NCBI GenBank assembly: GCA_944329445.1
Contig: CALVIH010000002.1
Coordinates: forward strand, 8,242-72,241
DNA length: 64,000 nt
Reading direction: 5' to 3'
Source: an uncultured Bacilli bacterium
GTDB lineage: Bacteria; Bacillota_I; Bacilli_A; RF39; UBA660
The notes beneath the pieces are model-generated. The model saw only the letters and a program-made list of their open reading frames with translations, searched no databases and was not told where the DNA came from. A program made the position numbers and the translations under genes. This document shows, piece after piece, positions 9,698 to 19,407 of the stretch; the stretch's first letter is position 1; every line of letters begins with the position of its first letter.

Positions 9698-11497
9698 CTA
9701 TTGTGTGATACTACCAGTACCTAATAAATACTTTTGTACTAATAATAAATCTTTTATGGTAATATTACCATCGTGTGATACGTCAGCAGCTTCTTTGTTT
9801 GACTCGGTTAAGCTTTGTGAACCAAGTAAGTATTTTTGAATGTATAACAAATCTTTAATCGTAACATTACCATCACCTGATGCATCACCATAAACTGCTA
9901 TTTCATAAGTTTTATCATTAATGGTTATCAAGTCTTCAGTAGATACTTTGCCAGAAAACTTAAAGTTTAGATTTTTATCGGTTATGTAAACTTCAGCTCC
10001 TAGGCTTTCTAAATAACTTCTAATAGAACTTACGTCCTCACCTAAAGTTACTTTAGTAAAGTATCCATTAACTATCTTATACCCGGTCTTAGCAAGTATC
10101 TGTTCTGCCGTTAAAGATGGATTTTCATTTGAGCCTCCGGAGTTATTACCAGAATCTGATGAAGAATTATTTCCATCTTGGTTTGAATCTGGTACATCTG
10201 GAGTTGTTGAACCACCTACCGTATCAGTTCTAGATACTTTAAACGCCGAATCTGGTCTGTTATTATAAACCGGTATTACAAACGTATAGTTATTATCTAA
10301 CTTACCACTTGATTTATAAGAACTGTATATACTAGATGCTTCTGATTCTGGTGCCATTATGTTAGTTTGATATTGGTGTGTATACTCGGTTCTTGTTGCA
10401 TAACTTGAAACGTTAAACTTTTGAAAATATATCGTATCTTGACCAAGACTTATGTATGAAGAACCAATAACCTTGGCACCACCGGTAATTGCTTTTTGAA
10501 TAGAATTCCATCCGTTATCCTTTGCGTATTGTAAACCCTTTAGATAGTTATCTTCTCCACTTGTTGCACCAATGTTATAGAAGTTATAGTATCCTTCATA
10601 ACCAGATACCATACCACTTGATGCGGAAGAACCATTAGTTCCAACTTCCTGAATTGCACGTGATGCTAAATGTACCGCCGATACGTTAGCTTCCTTACCA
10701 GCCTCTATAAAAGCCTGTGCATAAGTTTTCGTAACACCATTTTCAGTAAACGAACCCTCCATAAACGTTCCGTCCAATAAACTTTGAACAGATGAATCTT
10801 CACTCGAACTATAAGCTAGTGACTGAAACATAAAAATCCCTTTTTCCGTTAAAAAGTTTCTTGGGTCCATGTAGTACTTTACCGCGTCTTTAGCGGGAGC
10901 ATACCAACTTGTACCATCTACAATTATTCCGTTTGGATTTAAGCTATCCTTAAAAATCAAAGAAGGATATAAATAACTGATGGCACTTGTTCCTTTTTCA
11001 CTTTCTGCTTCTGCCGAAGCCTCCCAGTCAAGCCCTGTATAATCTGCTTTAAAAGTCCAGTTAGGGTGCATAGCATGTAATTTTCTTAAATACGGCTTAT
11101 AACTATCCGGGAAAGAACCAATCGATGCTTCAAATGAAGAATCATCATTATATGAATAAGTTTTTGTATTATACATACAAGCTTTAGCAACATAACCAGT
11201 ATATTCTCTTGCAGCATAATCAAACTTTACCGCGTACCAAGTTGCATTGTTATTGCCCTCATTAGGACCAGTTGCACTTTTTATGTACTCAAGCTGTTGG
11301 TTAGGATATACATAAACGGTATCATTACCATTTTTTATAGAAGATGACTTATCAGAAGCTTCCGTTCTAACTGGACATTTATATCTTACCTGATACAAGT
11401 CATAAGAAGCAGCACTAACTTCTCCTATCCCCACGGTAAACGTTAGCATAATGGTAAATAAAACACCTAAATAAAATAGTTTATTTCGTATCTTCAT
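9698..11497 (-). CDS. Secreted GH73 endo-beta-N-acetylglucosaminidase (LytD-like) with a C-terminal type-I dockerin
   Basis: Signal peptide; glucosaminidase block AQAFIEAGKEANVSAVHLASRAIQEVG...YNFYNIGA; two 22-aa dockerin repeats DASGDGNVTIKDLLYIQKYLLG and DVSHDGNITIKDLLLVQKYLLG. Confidence 0.6.
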   Translation of the reverse strand: MKIRNKLFYLGVLFTIMLTFTVGIGEVSAASYDLYQVRYKCPVRTEASDKSSSIKNGNDTVYVYPNQQLEYIKSATGPNEGNNNATWYAVKFDYAAREYTGYVAKACMYNTKTYSYNDDSSFEASIGSFPDSYKPYLRKLHAMHPNWTFKADYTGLDWEASAEAESEKGTSAISYLYPSLIFKDSLNPNGIIVDGTSWYAPAKDAVKYYMDPRNFLTEKGIFMFQSLAYSSSEDSSVQSLLDGTFMEGSFTENGVTKTYAQAFIEAGKEANVSAVHLASRAIQEVGTNGSSASSGMVSGYEGYYNFYNIGATSGEDNYLKGLQYAKDNGWNSIQKAITGGAKVIGSSYISLGQDTIYFQKFNVSSYATRTEYTHQYQTNIMAPESEASSIYSSYKSSGKLDNNYTFVIPVYNNRPDSAFKVSRTDTVGGSTTPDVPDSNQDGNNSSSDSGNNSGGSNENPSLTAEQILAKTGYKIVNGYFTKVTLGEDVSSIRSYLESLGAEVYITDKNLNFKFSGKVSTEDLITINDKTYEIAVYGDASGDGNVTIKDLLYIQKYLLGSQSLTESNKEAADVSHDGNITIKDLLLVQKYLLGTGSITQ

Positions 11498-11715
11498 ATA
11501 ACCAACTCCTACTCACCATAATTATAACACACAAAATAGTCAAATAAAGTTTAAAAAATAAAAATATGTTGGAATATGTCAAATGTTGTAAATTACTAAA
11601 TCGAATATTCCTAAGTTTTAAAAGCATCCTATAAATAAGGAAAACAGTGTAATTAACTAACGTTGTTTTTTGTATAATTTTGTTGTATAATTACTTGGTA
11701 ACATGAGGTGATATT

Positions 11716-13347
11716 TTGGAAAAGAAAAAAAGGAAATTTAAAAAGGCTGTGCTGCTTCTGTTCCCTTTATTAATTGCTTATTACATAGTCAGCTGCTTTT
11801 TTGTAAATGAAATTTTTTATTATAATTCATCAAAGAGTTTTATGGCTTATGTAGTTTATGGTGCAATATTTATAAATGCATTACTAATAGTTTTATTTAC
11901 GGTTAAAGGTTTTAAGTGCATAAAGAAAAATAAAACTAAAAGCTACGTGTGGTATTTCATATTCTTAATAATATTTATAGTTGGCGAATTATTCGTTACT
12001 ATAAACATGAATAAAATAAGTTCATCATTATCCAAAATAACAAGTAATGAAGCTGGATATTCAAGTAGTATAGTAGTACTTAAAGAATCTGACTACGAAT
12101 CCATTGATGACATAAAGAATGATGATGCAAAAATAGGTATCATAAATGATACTGAAAACCAAGAGGGATACGTTCTTCCTATGCAAATTGTTGAAGATGA
12201 AAAAATCAATGAAGAAAATCTAGCCAGTTATGATGAATACACACAAATGCTTAGTGATTTATATAATGGTGAAATAGATGCAATGTTCGTAAGTTCTTCT
12301 TACGTTTCACTTTTTGCTAACGAAGAAGGATACGAAAACATCGCTAGCGAAACAAAAGCGATATATGAAAAATCCGAAAAGACTAAAAAAGAAACAAGTA
12401 CAACTGGTAAAACGTTAGATGAACCATTTACCATACTTCTTATGGGCGTAGATAGTAACACTAACTCACTTGCTAAAAGTAACTCATTTAATGGTGATAC
12501 ACTAATGCTAATAACGTTTAACCCACACACCATGAACGCAACGGTACTAAGTATTCCAAGGGATACAAGGGTTCCTATCGTATGCACAAGATCGAAAGCT
12601 AAAAACAAAATTAACTCAGCTGCTTTATATGGTGCTGATTGTGTTATGGATACGATAACTAACTTTACCGGTATTGAAATAGATTATTGGGTAAAAGTAA
12701 ACTTCCAAGGTGTCATATCTTTAGTTGATGCATTAGGAGGAATAGATGTTGATGTTCCTTATGCATTTTGTGAAAGTAATTCCCAAAGAAAATTTGGTAA
12801 AAATACAATATATGTAGAAAAAGGATACCAAACCTTAAACGGTGAACAAGCACTTGCCTTTGCAAGAAATCGTCACACGTGGCCTCAATACTGTGGAAGA
12901 AAGTATTCAAATTATACTAGTAATGACTTCGTAAGAGGACAAAATCAACAACAAATAGTAAAAGCAATCGTTAATAAATTAAAAGATATTAGAAGTTTAT
13001 CAGAAATATATGATATCTTAGATATATTAGGTGATAACGTAGATACCAACATAGATAGAGAAACAATGATAACTGGTTTTGATACTTTTAAGAACATAAT
13101 CTTTAACTCAAAAAATATAACTAGCGATGATTTTATTGGTACCCAAAGATTATATTTATCAGGTTATGATAATACAATAAGTGGAATATATTACTTTGAA
13201 TATTATAAACAAAGCTTAAAAGAGATAACAGATGCAATGGAAATAAACCTTGAATTAAAAGAACCAGAAATGGATAAAGAGTTTAGTTTTTCAATTAACA
13301 ATCCGTATGAAGATACCCAAATAGGAAAAGGAACTTATAGTTACTAA
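11716..13347 (+). CDS. LytR-CpsA-Psr (LCP) family cell-wall glycopolymer ligase with a multi-TM N-terminus
   Basis: LCP core TILLMGVDSN...GDTLMLITFNP...SIPRDTRVPI...GGIDVDVP. Confidence 0.75.
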   Translation: MEKKKRKFKKAVLLLFPLLIAYYIVSCFFVNEIFYYNSSKSFMAYVVYGAIFINALLIVLFTVKGFKCIKKNKTKSYVWYFIFLIIFIVGELFVTINMNKISSSLSKITSNEAGYSSSIVVLKESDYESIDDIKNDDAKIGIINDTENQEGYVLPMQIVEDEKINEENLASYDEYTQMLSDLYNGEIDAMFVSSSYVSLFANEEGYENIASETKAIYEKSEKTKKETSTTGKTLDEPFTILLMGVDSNTNSLAKSNSFNGDTLMLITFNPHTMNATVLSIPRDTRVPIVCTRSKAKNKINSAALYGADCVMDTITNFTGIEIDYWVKVNFQGVISLVDALGGIDVDVPYAFCESNSQRKFGKNTIYVEKGYQTLNGEQALAFARNRHTWPQYCGRKYSNYTSNDFVRGQNQQQIVKAIVNKLKDIRSLSEIYDILDILGDNVDTNIDRETMITGFDTFKNIIFNSKNITSDDFIGTQRLYLSGYDNTISGIYYFEYYKQSLKEITDAMEINLELKEPEMDKEFSFSINNPYEDTQIGKGTYSY

Positions 13348-13354
13348 GTTCCTT

Positions 13355-13666
13355 TTATTTTTCTAATTTTTTTACCGCGCTTTCTATTAGTATTTCAAGT
13401 TCGGTATCGCTTACGTTTAAATTTTTACTAGAAAGCCAACTACTCGCCTTTTCTTTAGCTTCTTCAAATTTTTCATCACTACTTAATAAATTATTCTTGT
13501 TTACTTGTTCAACGTATAAAACCGTATCCTCGACAATCTCTTTTATTGTCTTGGTATCAGTGTATTTAGTAAATGCCTTTTTTATTTGCATTCCAATATA
13601 ACTTATGACCCCGGTTATTATGGTAGCTAAAAAAGGAAGTAGATACGTGGTTATAAATTCTTTCAT
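13355..13666 (-). CDS. Small membrane protein (one N-terminal TM helix, amphipathic C-terminus; holin-like?)
   Basis: 103-aa ORF; TM helix YLLPFLATIITGVISYIGMQI. Confidence 0.3.
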   Translation of the reverse strand: MKEFITTYLLPFLATIITGVISYIGMQIKKAFTKYTDTKTIKEIVEDTVLYVEQVNKNNLLSSDEKFEEAKEKASSWLSSKNLNVSDTELEILIESAVKKLEK

Positions 13667-13779
13667 TTAATACATCACCCATAAATATTATATTAATCAT
13701 TAAAATTTAGAGTTATAATAGATATCTTTTATTTTTACTTAAACAATATGTTATAATATTATTATATTGGAGGATAAAA

Positions 13780-14313
13780 ATGAAGTACCTAACAAAATTA
13801 AAAATGTATCTAATAAGTGATGCAAAGAAAAGAACTAACGTTTTAATTAAAAAAAACTTATTTAAAAGTGTCGGTAAAAATTTCTTTTTTCAACCAAGAG
13901 TTATTCCTGACGAACCAAAGCTAATTAGTTTTGGAGATAACGTATCGGTTGCATCAGGTGTTACTTTCGTTACCCATGATGTTATCGATAAGGTTTTAAA
14001 TAACATGAATTATAATTATACTTTTTATTATAATTGTGCCCCAATAAAAGTTGGAAATAACGTTTTTATAGGATGTAACGTAACCATCTTACCAGGAGTC
14101 GAAATAAAAGACAACGTAATTATCGCGGCAGGTTCCGTCGTAACTAAAGACGTTAAAGAAAACACTGTTGTAGGAGGTAATCCCGCTAAGGAGATAAGTA
14201 CTTTTGACGAATACGTAGAAAACAGGAAAAAAGATAACGTAGATGGTTTATACCCTAATTGTGATGCAGTAATAAATCAGGTATGGGATAAATTTTATAA
14301 TGAAAAAAAATAA
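13780..14313 (+). CDS. Hexapeptide-repeat (LbH) sugar O-acetyltransferase (maltose/galactoside acetyltransferase-like)
   Basis: IGNNVFIGCNVTILPGVEIKDNVIIAAGSVVTKDV...VVGGNPAK left-handed beta-helix repeats. Confidence 0.65.
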   Translation: MKYLTKLKMYLISDAKKRTNVLIKKNLFKSVGKNFFFQPRVIPDEPKLISFGDNVSVASGVTFVTHDVIDKVLNNMNYNYTFYYNCAPIKVGNNVFIGCNVTILPGVEIKDNVIIAAGSVVTKDVKENTVVGGNPAKEISTFDEYVENRKKDNVDGLYPNCDAVINQVWDKFYNEKK

Positions 14314-14318
14314 AAGAA

Positions 14319-15707
14319 CTACTCTTGTTCTTTTATTTTTTTATTATATTTTTTGCTATCTATAAATGAATTACAATAAATAGCATAACCTATTGCAAAT
14401 AAATAAATAACTTGTTTGGTATAAAATAAACCTTCCGTTATATTACCTAGTGCCAATCCAAATAGCATTAATAAAATAACATAAAAAATATTTTTATTTT
14501 CTTTTATAGAGTATTTTAATTTAATAATAGCAAGCGATAACACAAATGAAAATAACAATACTATTCCTATTACACCAGTTTCTTCTGTTAACTGTATATA
14601 ACAATTATGTGGATACATATATGGATACTCATCACTTATTACTGAATCATCTTTTAAATAATCCTTAGCATTTTGATTTTCATAAAGATAAGTAGCATTA
14701 CCTATTCCAATCCCAAATACTGGATATTCCTTTATAAAGGCTTTACCTACACTTTCATAGTACTTTCTAAAGAAATTAGAACCTTCTATATCCCCTACAC
14801 AGTCATCATCAGCACATTCTCCTGCTTCTACCTCTTCTATTTCACTACCCAATTTATCTAGCAAACTTAATCTTAAAACCTTAGGCATATGAACTGTTTC
14901 ATAAGCATAATCTAAAGCTGATTGTATAGAATATTTAGCTCCTGGTATTAATATCATACATATTACTAACAAAACAATTAAAATACTATTTTTAAATTGT
15001 TTTTTTAATAATGTAACAATAAAAAATATAAAACACATTACTAAATATATTAATTGGCCACTTCTTGAAAAAGTAAATGTTATTCCGAACATAGAAAGTA
15101 TTAAAAGAATTTTATAATACTTATTATCTTTATCATTTAATAATTCATAAGTAATTATTGGAAACATTAAAACAATGTATTTATCAAAAGTAGTTGCTAT
15201 GTAAAAAGTTGAATTTATTCTACCAAATATACCTGGATATTTATCATTATTATATGTATTAAGGTTATATTTAGTTACATATTGGAAAATTCCAAAACAC
15301 ATGCTAAGAGCGAATGAAATAAATAAGTGTTTTTTTATTCTATTTAAAGTTTCTTTTTCAAACTTACAATTAAAAATAACTAAAATAAGAGTAAGTAAAA
15401 CTGAATAATGAATAAAACCTTTTATTGAACTTAAATTAATATCTATTCCAAATATTAATGTTAAGAATAACCAAATAATAGTTAATATATATAATATTAA
15501 AGGAATTTTATTTTTTAATAAAATCTTCAAGTTTTTTATATTATCAAATAAAATTGATAACGAAATTAATGACGGTAAAATAACAAGCAAAGCATATCTT
15601 ATTTTATCTATAAACGTTATATTAAAAAAAGTATAAACTCCTAAAAATAATGTTATTATATATAACGATATAATTATTAAAACTTCACTTCTTTTTGTTA
15701 TTTTCAT
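14319..15707 (-). CDS. O-antigen ligase/Wzy-like polytopic membrane protein (glycopolymer polymerase or ligase)
   Basis: More than 10 TM helices plus a large extracytoplasmic loop. Start refined to MKITKR (ATG 15707) because AGAGGTGGAAGT-ATG is a strong RBS and an extended -10 TGGTATAAT lies just upstream. The track start at 15749 is probably too long. Confidence 0.5.
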   Translation of the reverse strand: MKITKRSEVLIIISLYIITLFLGVYTFFNITFIDKIRYALLVILPSLISLSILFDNIKNLKILLKNKIPLILYILTIIWLFLTLIFGIDINLSSIKGFIHYSVLLTLILVIFNCKFEKETLNRIKKHLFISFALSMCFGIFQYVTKYNLNTYNNDKYPGIFGRINSTFYIATTFDKYIVLMFPIITYELLNDKDNKYYKILLILSMFGITFTFSRSGQLIYLVMCFIFFIVTLLKKQFKNSILIVLLVICMILIPGAKYSIQSALDYAYETVHMPKVLRLSLLDKLGSEIEEVEAGECADDDCVGDIEGSNFFRKYYESVGKAFIKEYPVFGIGIGNATYLYENQNAKDYLKDDSVISDEYPYMYPHNCYIQLTEETGVIGIVLLFSFVLSLAIIKLKYSIKENKNIFYVILLMLFGLALGNITEGLFYTKQVIYLFAIGYAIYCNSFIDSKKYNKKIKEQE

Positions 15708-15793
15708 ACTTCCACCTCTATGTTGCAGAATAATTATACCATAAATCAAACTTATATAAAAGAAAAAATTAAAAGACTTAAAAATTAAGTCTT

Positions 15794-16456
15794 TTAATCC
15801 ATCTCTACTATGTATAATTTATTATCTTCTCTTACTATTATCATGTTAGCTTCATTTTCATAACCAAAATCTTCTTTATATTCCCACGAAATAGTAACCT
15901 TATAAGCATCAACCGTTGTACCTGACTGAGTAGTTGTTTTTCTTCGTGATGTAGTTGTAGTGGTGGTTGTATCTTTGATAACAAAAGTCGTATCCTCAAT
16001 CTCTACTTCTGTTATTTCACTCACTTCTGGTAAATCTTGAGTCCTCGTGTCAGATTTTACCTCTAAATACCTATAAAAAGTACTTCTTGCCTCTTCTATA
16101 AAATTATCTCTCATGCTTTCTTTTATAAAATCAGTACCACCTATATCATTTTTTGAAAGCTTATTATCTAAAGTATAAAAATCAATTATAAATAGTTTTG
16201 CAATTTGCTTAGCATATGCCTCATAATCAACTTCTTTTTTAGATAATATATCGTCTAAATTTTCGAATTCATCTTTATAAAGCTGCGTTTCATTCTCTTT
16301 TAATTCGTATCCATACTCAGGGATTGATTTGATGGTCTTAACTTCTTGCCCGTCATCACCTGAAAAATAGCTGTATAAAAGAATCCCTATTATTGCTAAA
16401 ACAACTATTACTATTAAAGTAATTAATATTTTCTTTGTCTTATTTTTCTTCTTCAT
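15794..16456 (-). CDS. Membrane-anchored hypothetical protein with a Thr-rich linker
   Basis: N-terminal TM helix; TTTTTTTSRRKTTTQSGTT low-complexity stretch. Confidence 0.35.
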   Translation of the reverse strand: MKKKNKTKKILITLIVIVVLAIIGILLYSYFSGDDGQEVKTIKSIPEYGYELKENETQLYKDEFENLDDILSKKEVDYEAYAKQIAKLFIIDFYTLDNKLSKNDIGGTDFIKESMRDNFIEEARSTFYRYLEVKSDTRTQDLPEVSEITEVEIEDTTFVIKDTTTTTTTSRRKTTTQSGTTVDAYKVTISWEYKEDFGYENEANMIIVREDNKLYIVEMD

Positions 16457-18503
16457 TTTGTTCTCCTGCCTCTAAATCATAAACTATTATTGCGTCTGAC
16501 ACTTCTAAGAGCTTATTTGCATATGCCTTGTTATTCTCTATTTCCTCATCATTAACCACGCTATCTTTTAAAAGTAAATATTCCTCTTTTTGGGCATTGT
16601 AATACATCTTATCAGTTACCCAATTACCATTAGGAAATACCACTATGTTATCATCTATATTAAATATGTCATGTCCTAATGCATACTCATAATCAAAATT
16701 AAGCATGTTAGCAAGCGTAGGCATAGCATCATACATTCCCATTACTTTATCTATCTTTTGATTAAGTGTTTTATTTCCTTTACTATCCTTTGTCCATATT
16801 ATAAATGGTACTTTTCTATTTAACTCATAATTATAATAATCAACGTCAACGTACCTTGGATCATCTTTCTCATACTGTTCACCAGTTTCAAAATCATAAT
16901 TATAAAAGTAAGAATACTCTTTTTTAGCTATCTTAGCATCATGATCGCCATATATTACCAAAACCGTATTTTCAAGTAACCCCGCAGCATCCAACTCGTT
17001 TACAAAGTCTCCAATAGCAGAGTCAGCATAATGTACCGATTTAAAATATCTTCCTAAATCAGTTCCTTCCATGTAAGGCAAAGACTTTTCTACGGTGTTT
17101 CCGTTTTCATCTGTTTCAGTATATTTATAATCAACGGTATAATCACCATACTTATCCTCATCATCCCAAGGGGTATGGTTAGTTAACGTAATTAACGTTA
17201 CGTAATAATTATTGTTTTCTTCACTTATCTTCTTTATTTTTTCTACTGATTGTTTAAAGAATTCCTTATCTGACAATCCCATTCCCATAACATTATCTTC
17301 GTTTGAGTAATCATAAGAATCACGTGCATAAAAATGATCATATCCCAACGTCTCATGCATTACATTACGATTCCAAAATGAAGCAGTATTAGCATGCATA
17401 CTAGCCGTATAATAGCCCTTTTGCCTTAACAAGTTTGGCATTGCTTCATACGTCCTTTTCCAGTAGTTAACAAATACCGTACCAGTTGATGCTGGCATTA
17501 AAGACGTATTGAAGGTAAACTCCGTATCAGAAGATGTTCCCACGCTCGTCTGAGAATAATAATTTGAAAAGAATAAGCCTTCACTAGCAAGTCTGTTTAA
17601 ATTAGGCGTTAACTCTTGACCATTAAATGATAAAGTCATGTTTTGGGTCATCATACTTTCCGCATGAATTACTATAACGTTTTTACCTTCAAATATATTG
17701 GTATATTCATTTGTTTTATCATTAACAGTATCAGTTTTTTGTTTTTCTTCATAAAACTCTCTAACTGTTTTAGCGGCACTATCATAACCGAACATACTAG
17801 AAAACTTAGATTGAGTACTCTTAATTGCGTCATTCAACTGATAAACATATATACCAAATCGCTGAACCAAATATTCTCTATTCCATTGTTTCTTTAATCT
17901 AGAGTAATCAGAAGACTCCATCATTGAAATGGTAAAAAATACCATTACGGCAGCTAAAACTGCGGTATTTAAAAACCTTTTTTTAGAACGTTCGATTTTT
18001 TCTACCTTATCGTAGTACTTTTTCTTTTTTAATAAAATATGTACTAGCAATAACACGATTGGTGGAAATAATAAAATTATGTCTTTTAATTGAATTAGAT
18101 TTGCTACTACGTTTCCATCCATCTCTCCTAAAAACGATGCCGTAGAAAGAAGTGAAAAAGAAGTGAATGATACGTAGTTTTCATAATACACCGCGTTTAT
18201 TATACAAGCCGCAGTCATAACGATGGTAAGCGGCATTAACACCCTAATTTGTTTTTTTGGCTTTAAAAGGTACGCAAATGAACCAACAACTAAAATGAAG
18301 GCTAAATCCGAAACCATTCCTTTAAAACTAAACAAGTTTCCCATCGTAACTATTCTTAGTAACCATGAATTAATCAAGTTTATTAAAACGTACGTAATAA
18401 ATAATACGTTTGTTTTTATATATAAAACTAAACTTATTTCTTTAAATCTTGTTAATATCTTTGAATATGTTTTTTTTAAAAAGTCCTTAACCTTAACTTT
18501 CAT
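16440..18503 (-). CDS. LtaS-family (sulfatase-fold) phosphoglycerol/glycopolymer transferase
   Basis: Five N-terminal TM helices plus an extracellular alkaline-phosphatase-superfamily domain (VIVIHAESMMTQN...SVGTSSDTEFTFNTSLMP). Confidence 0.7.
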   Translation of the reverse strand: MKVKVKDFLKKTYSKILTRFKEISLVLYIKTNVLFITYVLINLINSWLLRIVTMGNLFSFKGMVSDLAFILVVGSFAYLLKPKKQIRVLMPLTIVMTAACIINAVYYENYVSFTSFSLLSTASFLGEMDGNVVANLIQLKDIILLFPPIVLLLVHILLKKKKYYDKVEKIERSKKRFLNTAVLAAVMVFFTISMMESSDYSRLKKQWNREYLVQRFGIYVYQLNDAIKSTQSKFSSMFGYDSAAKTVREFYEEKQKTDTVNDKTNEYTNIFEGKNVIVIHAESMMTQNMTLSFNGQELTPNLNRLASEGLFFSNYYSQTSVGTSSDTEFTFNTSLMPASTGTVFVNYWKRTYEAMPNLLRQKGYYTASMHANTASFWNRNVMHETLGYDHFYARDSYDYSNEDNVMGMGLSDKEFFKQSVEKIKKISEENNNYYVTLITLTNHTPWDDEDKYGDYTVDYKYTETDENGNTVEKSLPYMEGTDLGRYFKSVHYADSAIGDFVNELDAAGLLENTVLVIYGDHDAKIAKKEYSYFYNYDFETGEQYEKDDPRYVDVDYYNYELNRKVPFIIWTKDSKGNKTLNQKIDKVMGMYDAMPTLANMLNFDYEYALGHDIFNIDDNIVVFPNGNWVTDKMYYNAQKEEYLLLKDSVVNDEEIENNKAYANKLLEVSDAIIVYDLEAGEQNEEEK

Positions 18504-18560
18504 AATAACCTCCTAAACATATCATTAGAATACTACCATTATATCACAAAAAAAAGTCTT

Positions 18561-19403
18561 TTAATCAAGACTTTTTATATTACCCGTTTTTTCGTTACTA
18601 AATTTATATTCATTCATCGTCATACCGAATACAAAAATGTAACACATCCAGTAAATCCAAATCATCAAAATTATTAAATTTGATAAGTTACCATAAAACT
18701 TAGTATAGTTTGCTAAGTGAGTAACATAAAACGAATAAACGAACGTTGTTAACACCCAAATACACGTCGTTAATAAAGCCCCTTTATTAACGCTGTGACT
18801 AGGAATAGTTACGTTTGGTGCAATCGTATAAATTACTTTTATCGCAACAAATATCATAAAGAAAACAAACGGCCATTTTAATATGTTATAAACCAGTGTT
18901 ACATAAGGAGATATTGATCCATTAACCTCCGCTACATAAGCTATTATTCTACTTCCAATAGTTAATATACCAATAACCGATAAAACAAGGAAAATAAGAA
19001 TCATAAGCATTATAATTGCCTTAATTCTTGTTCTGAAGAAATTTCTTTGCTTACCATTATATATTTGCGTTGAGGCAATTATTATCGAATGAGTGGCTTT
19101 CGCAGCGATATAAAAAGCGGTAATAATAAATACAATGTCTAAGGTACCAACTTTTTGCTGCTCAAATATCGAAAGAATTATTCCAGCAACACCACTCGGT
19201 AAATAATGATTAAAGAAACTCGTTACCGACTCAAAACTAAGTGAAAGCTTAGAAGCAAACATCACGAGTAAACTAACTAGTGGGATTACTGATAAAATAA
19301 CAAAAAATGATATTTGACCTGGTAATATTGACATTAAAGGCGTGTTCATAAGCCTTATGTTTTCTTTGATATGTCCCTTTATTTTTTCCTTACTCTTCTT
19401 CAT
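18561..19403 (-). CDS. YihY/BrkB family membrane protein
   Basis: Six TM helices; topology and length consistent with YihY (RNase BN-like misnomer family). Confidence 0.5.
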   Translation of the reverse strand: MKKSKEKIKGHIKENIRLMNTPLMSILPGQISFFVILSVIPLVSLLVMFASKLSLSFESVTSFFNHYLPSGVAGIILSIFEQQKVGTLDIVFIITAFYIAAKATHSIIIASTQIYNGKQRNFFRTRIKAIIMLMILIFLVLSVIGILTIGSRIIAYVAEVNGSISPYVTLVYNILKWPFVFFMIFVAIKVIYTIAPNVTIPSHSVNKGALLTTCIWVLTTFVYSFYVTHLANYTKFYGNLSNLIILMIWIYWMCYIFVFGMTMNEYKFSNEKTGNIKSLD

Positions 19404-19407
19404 TATC

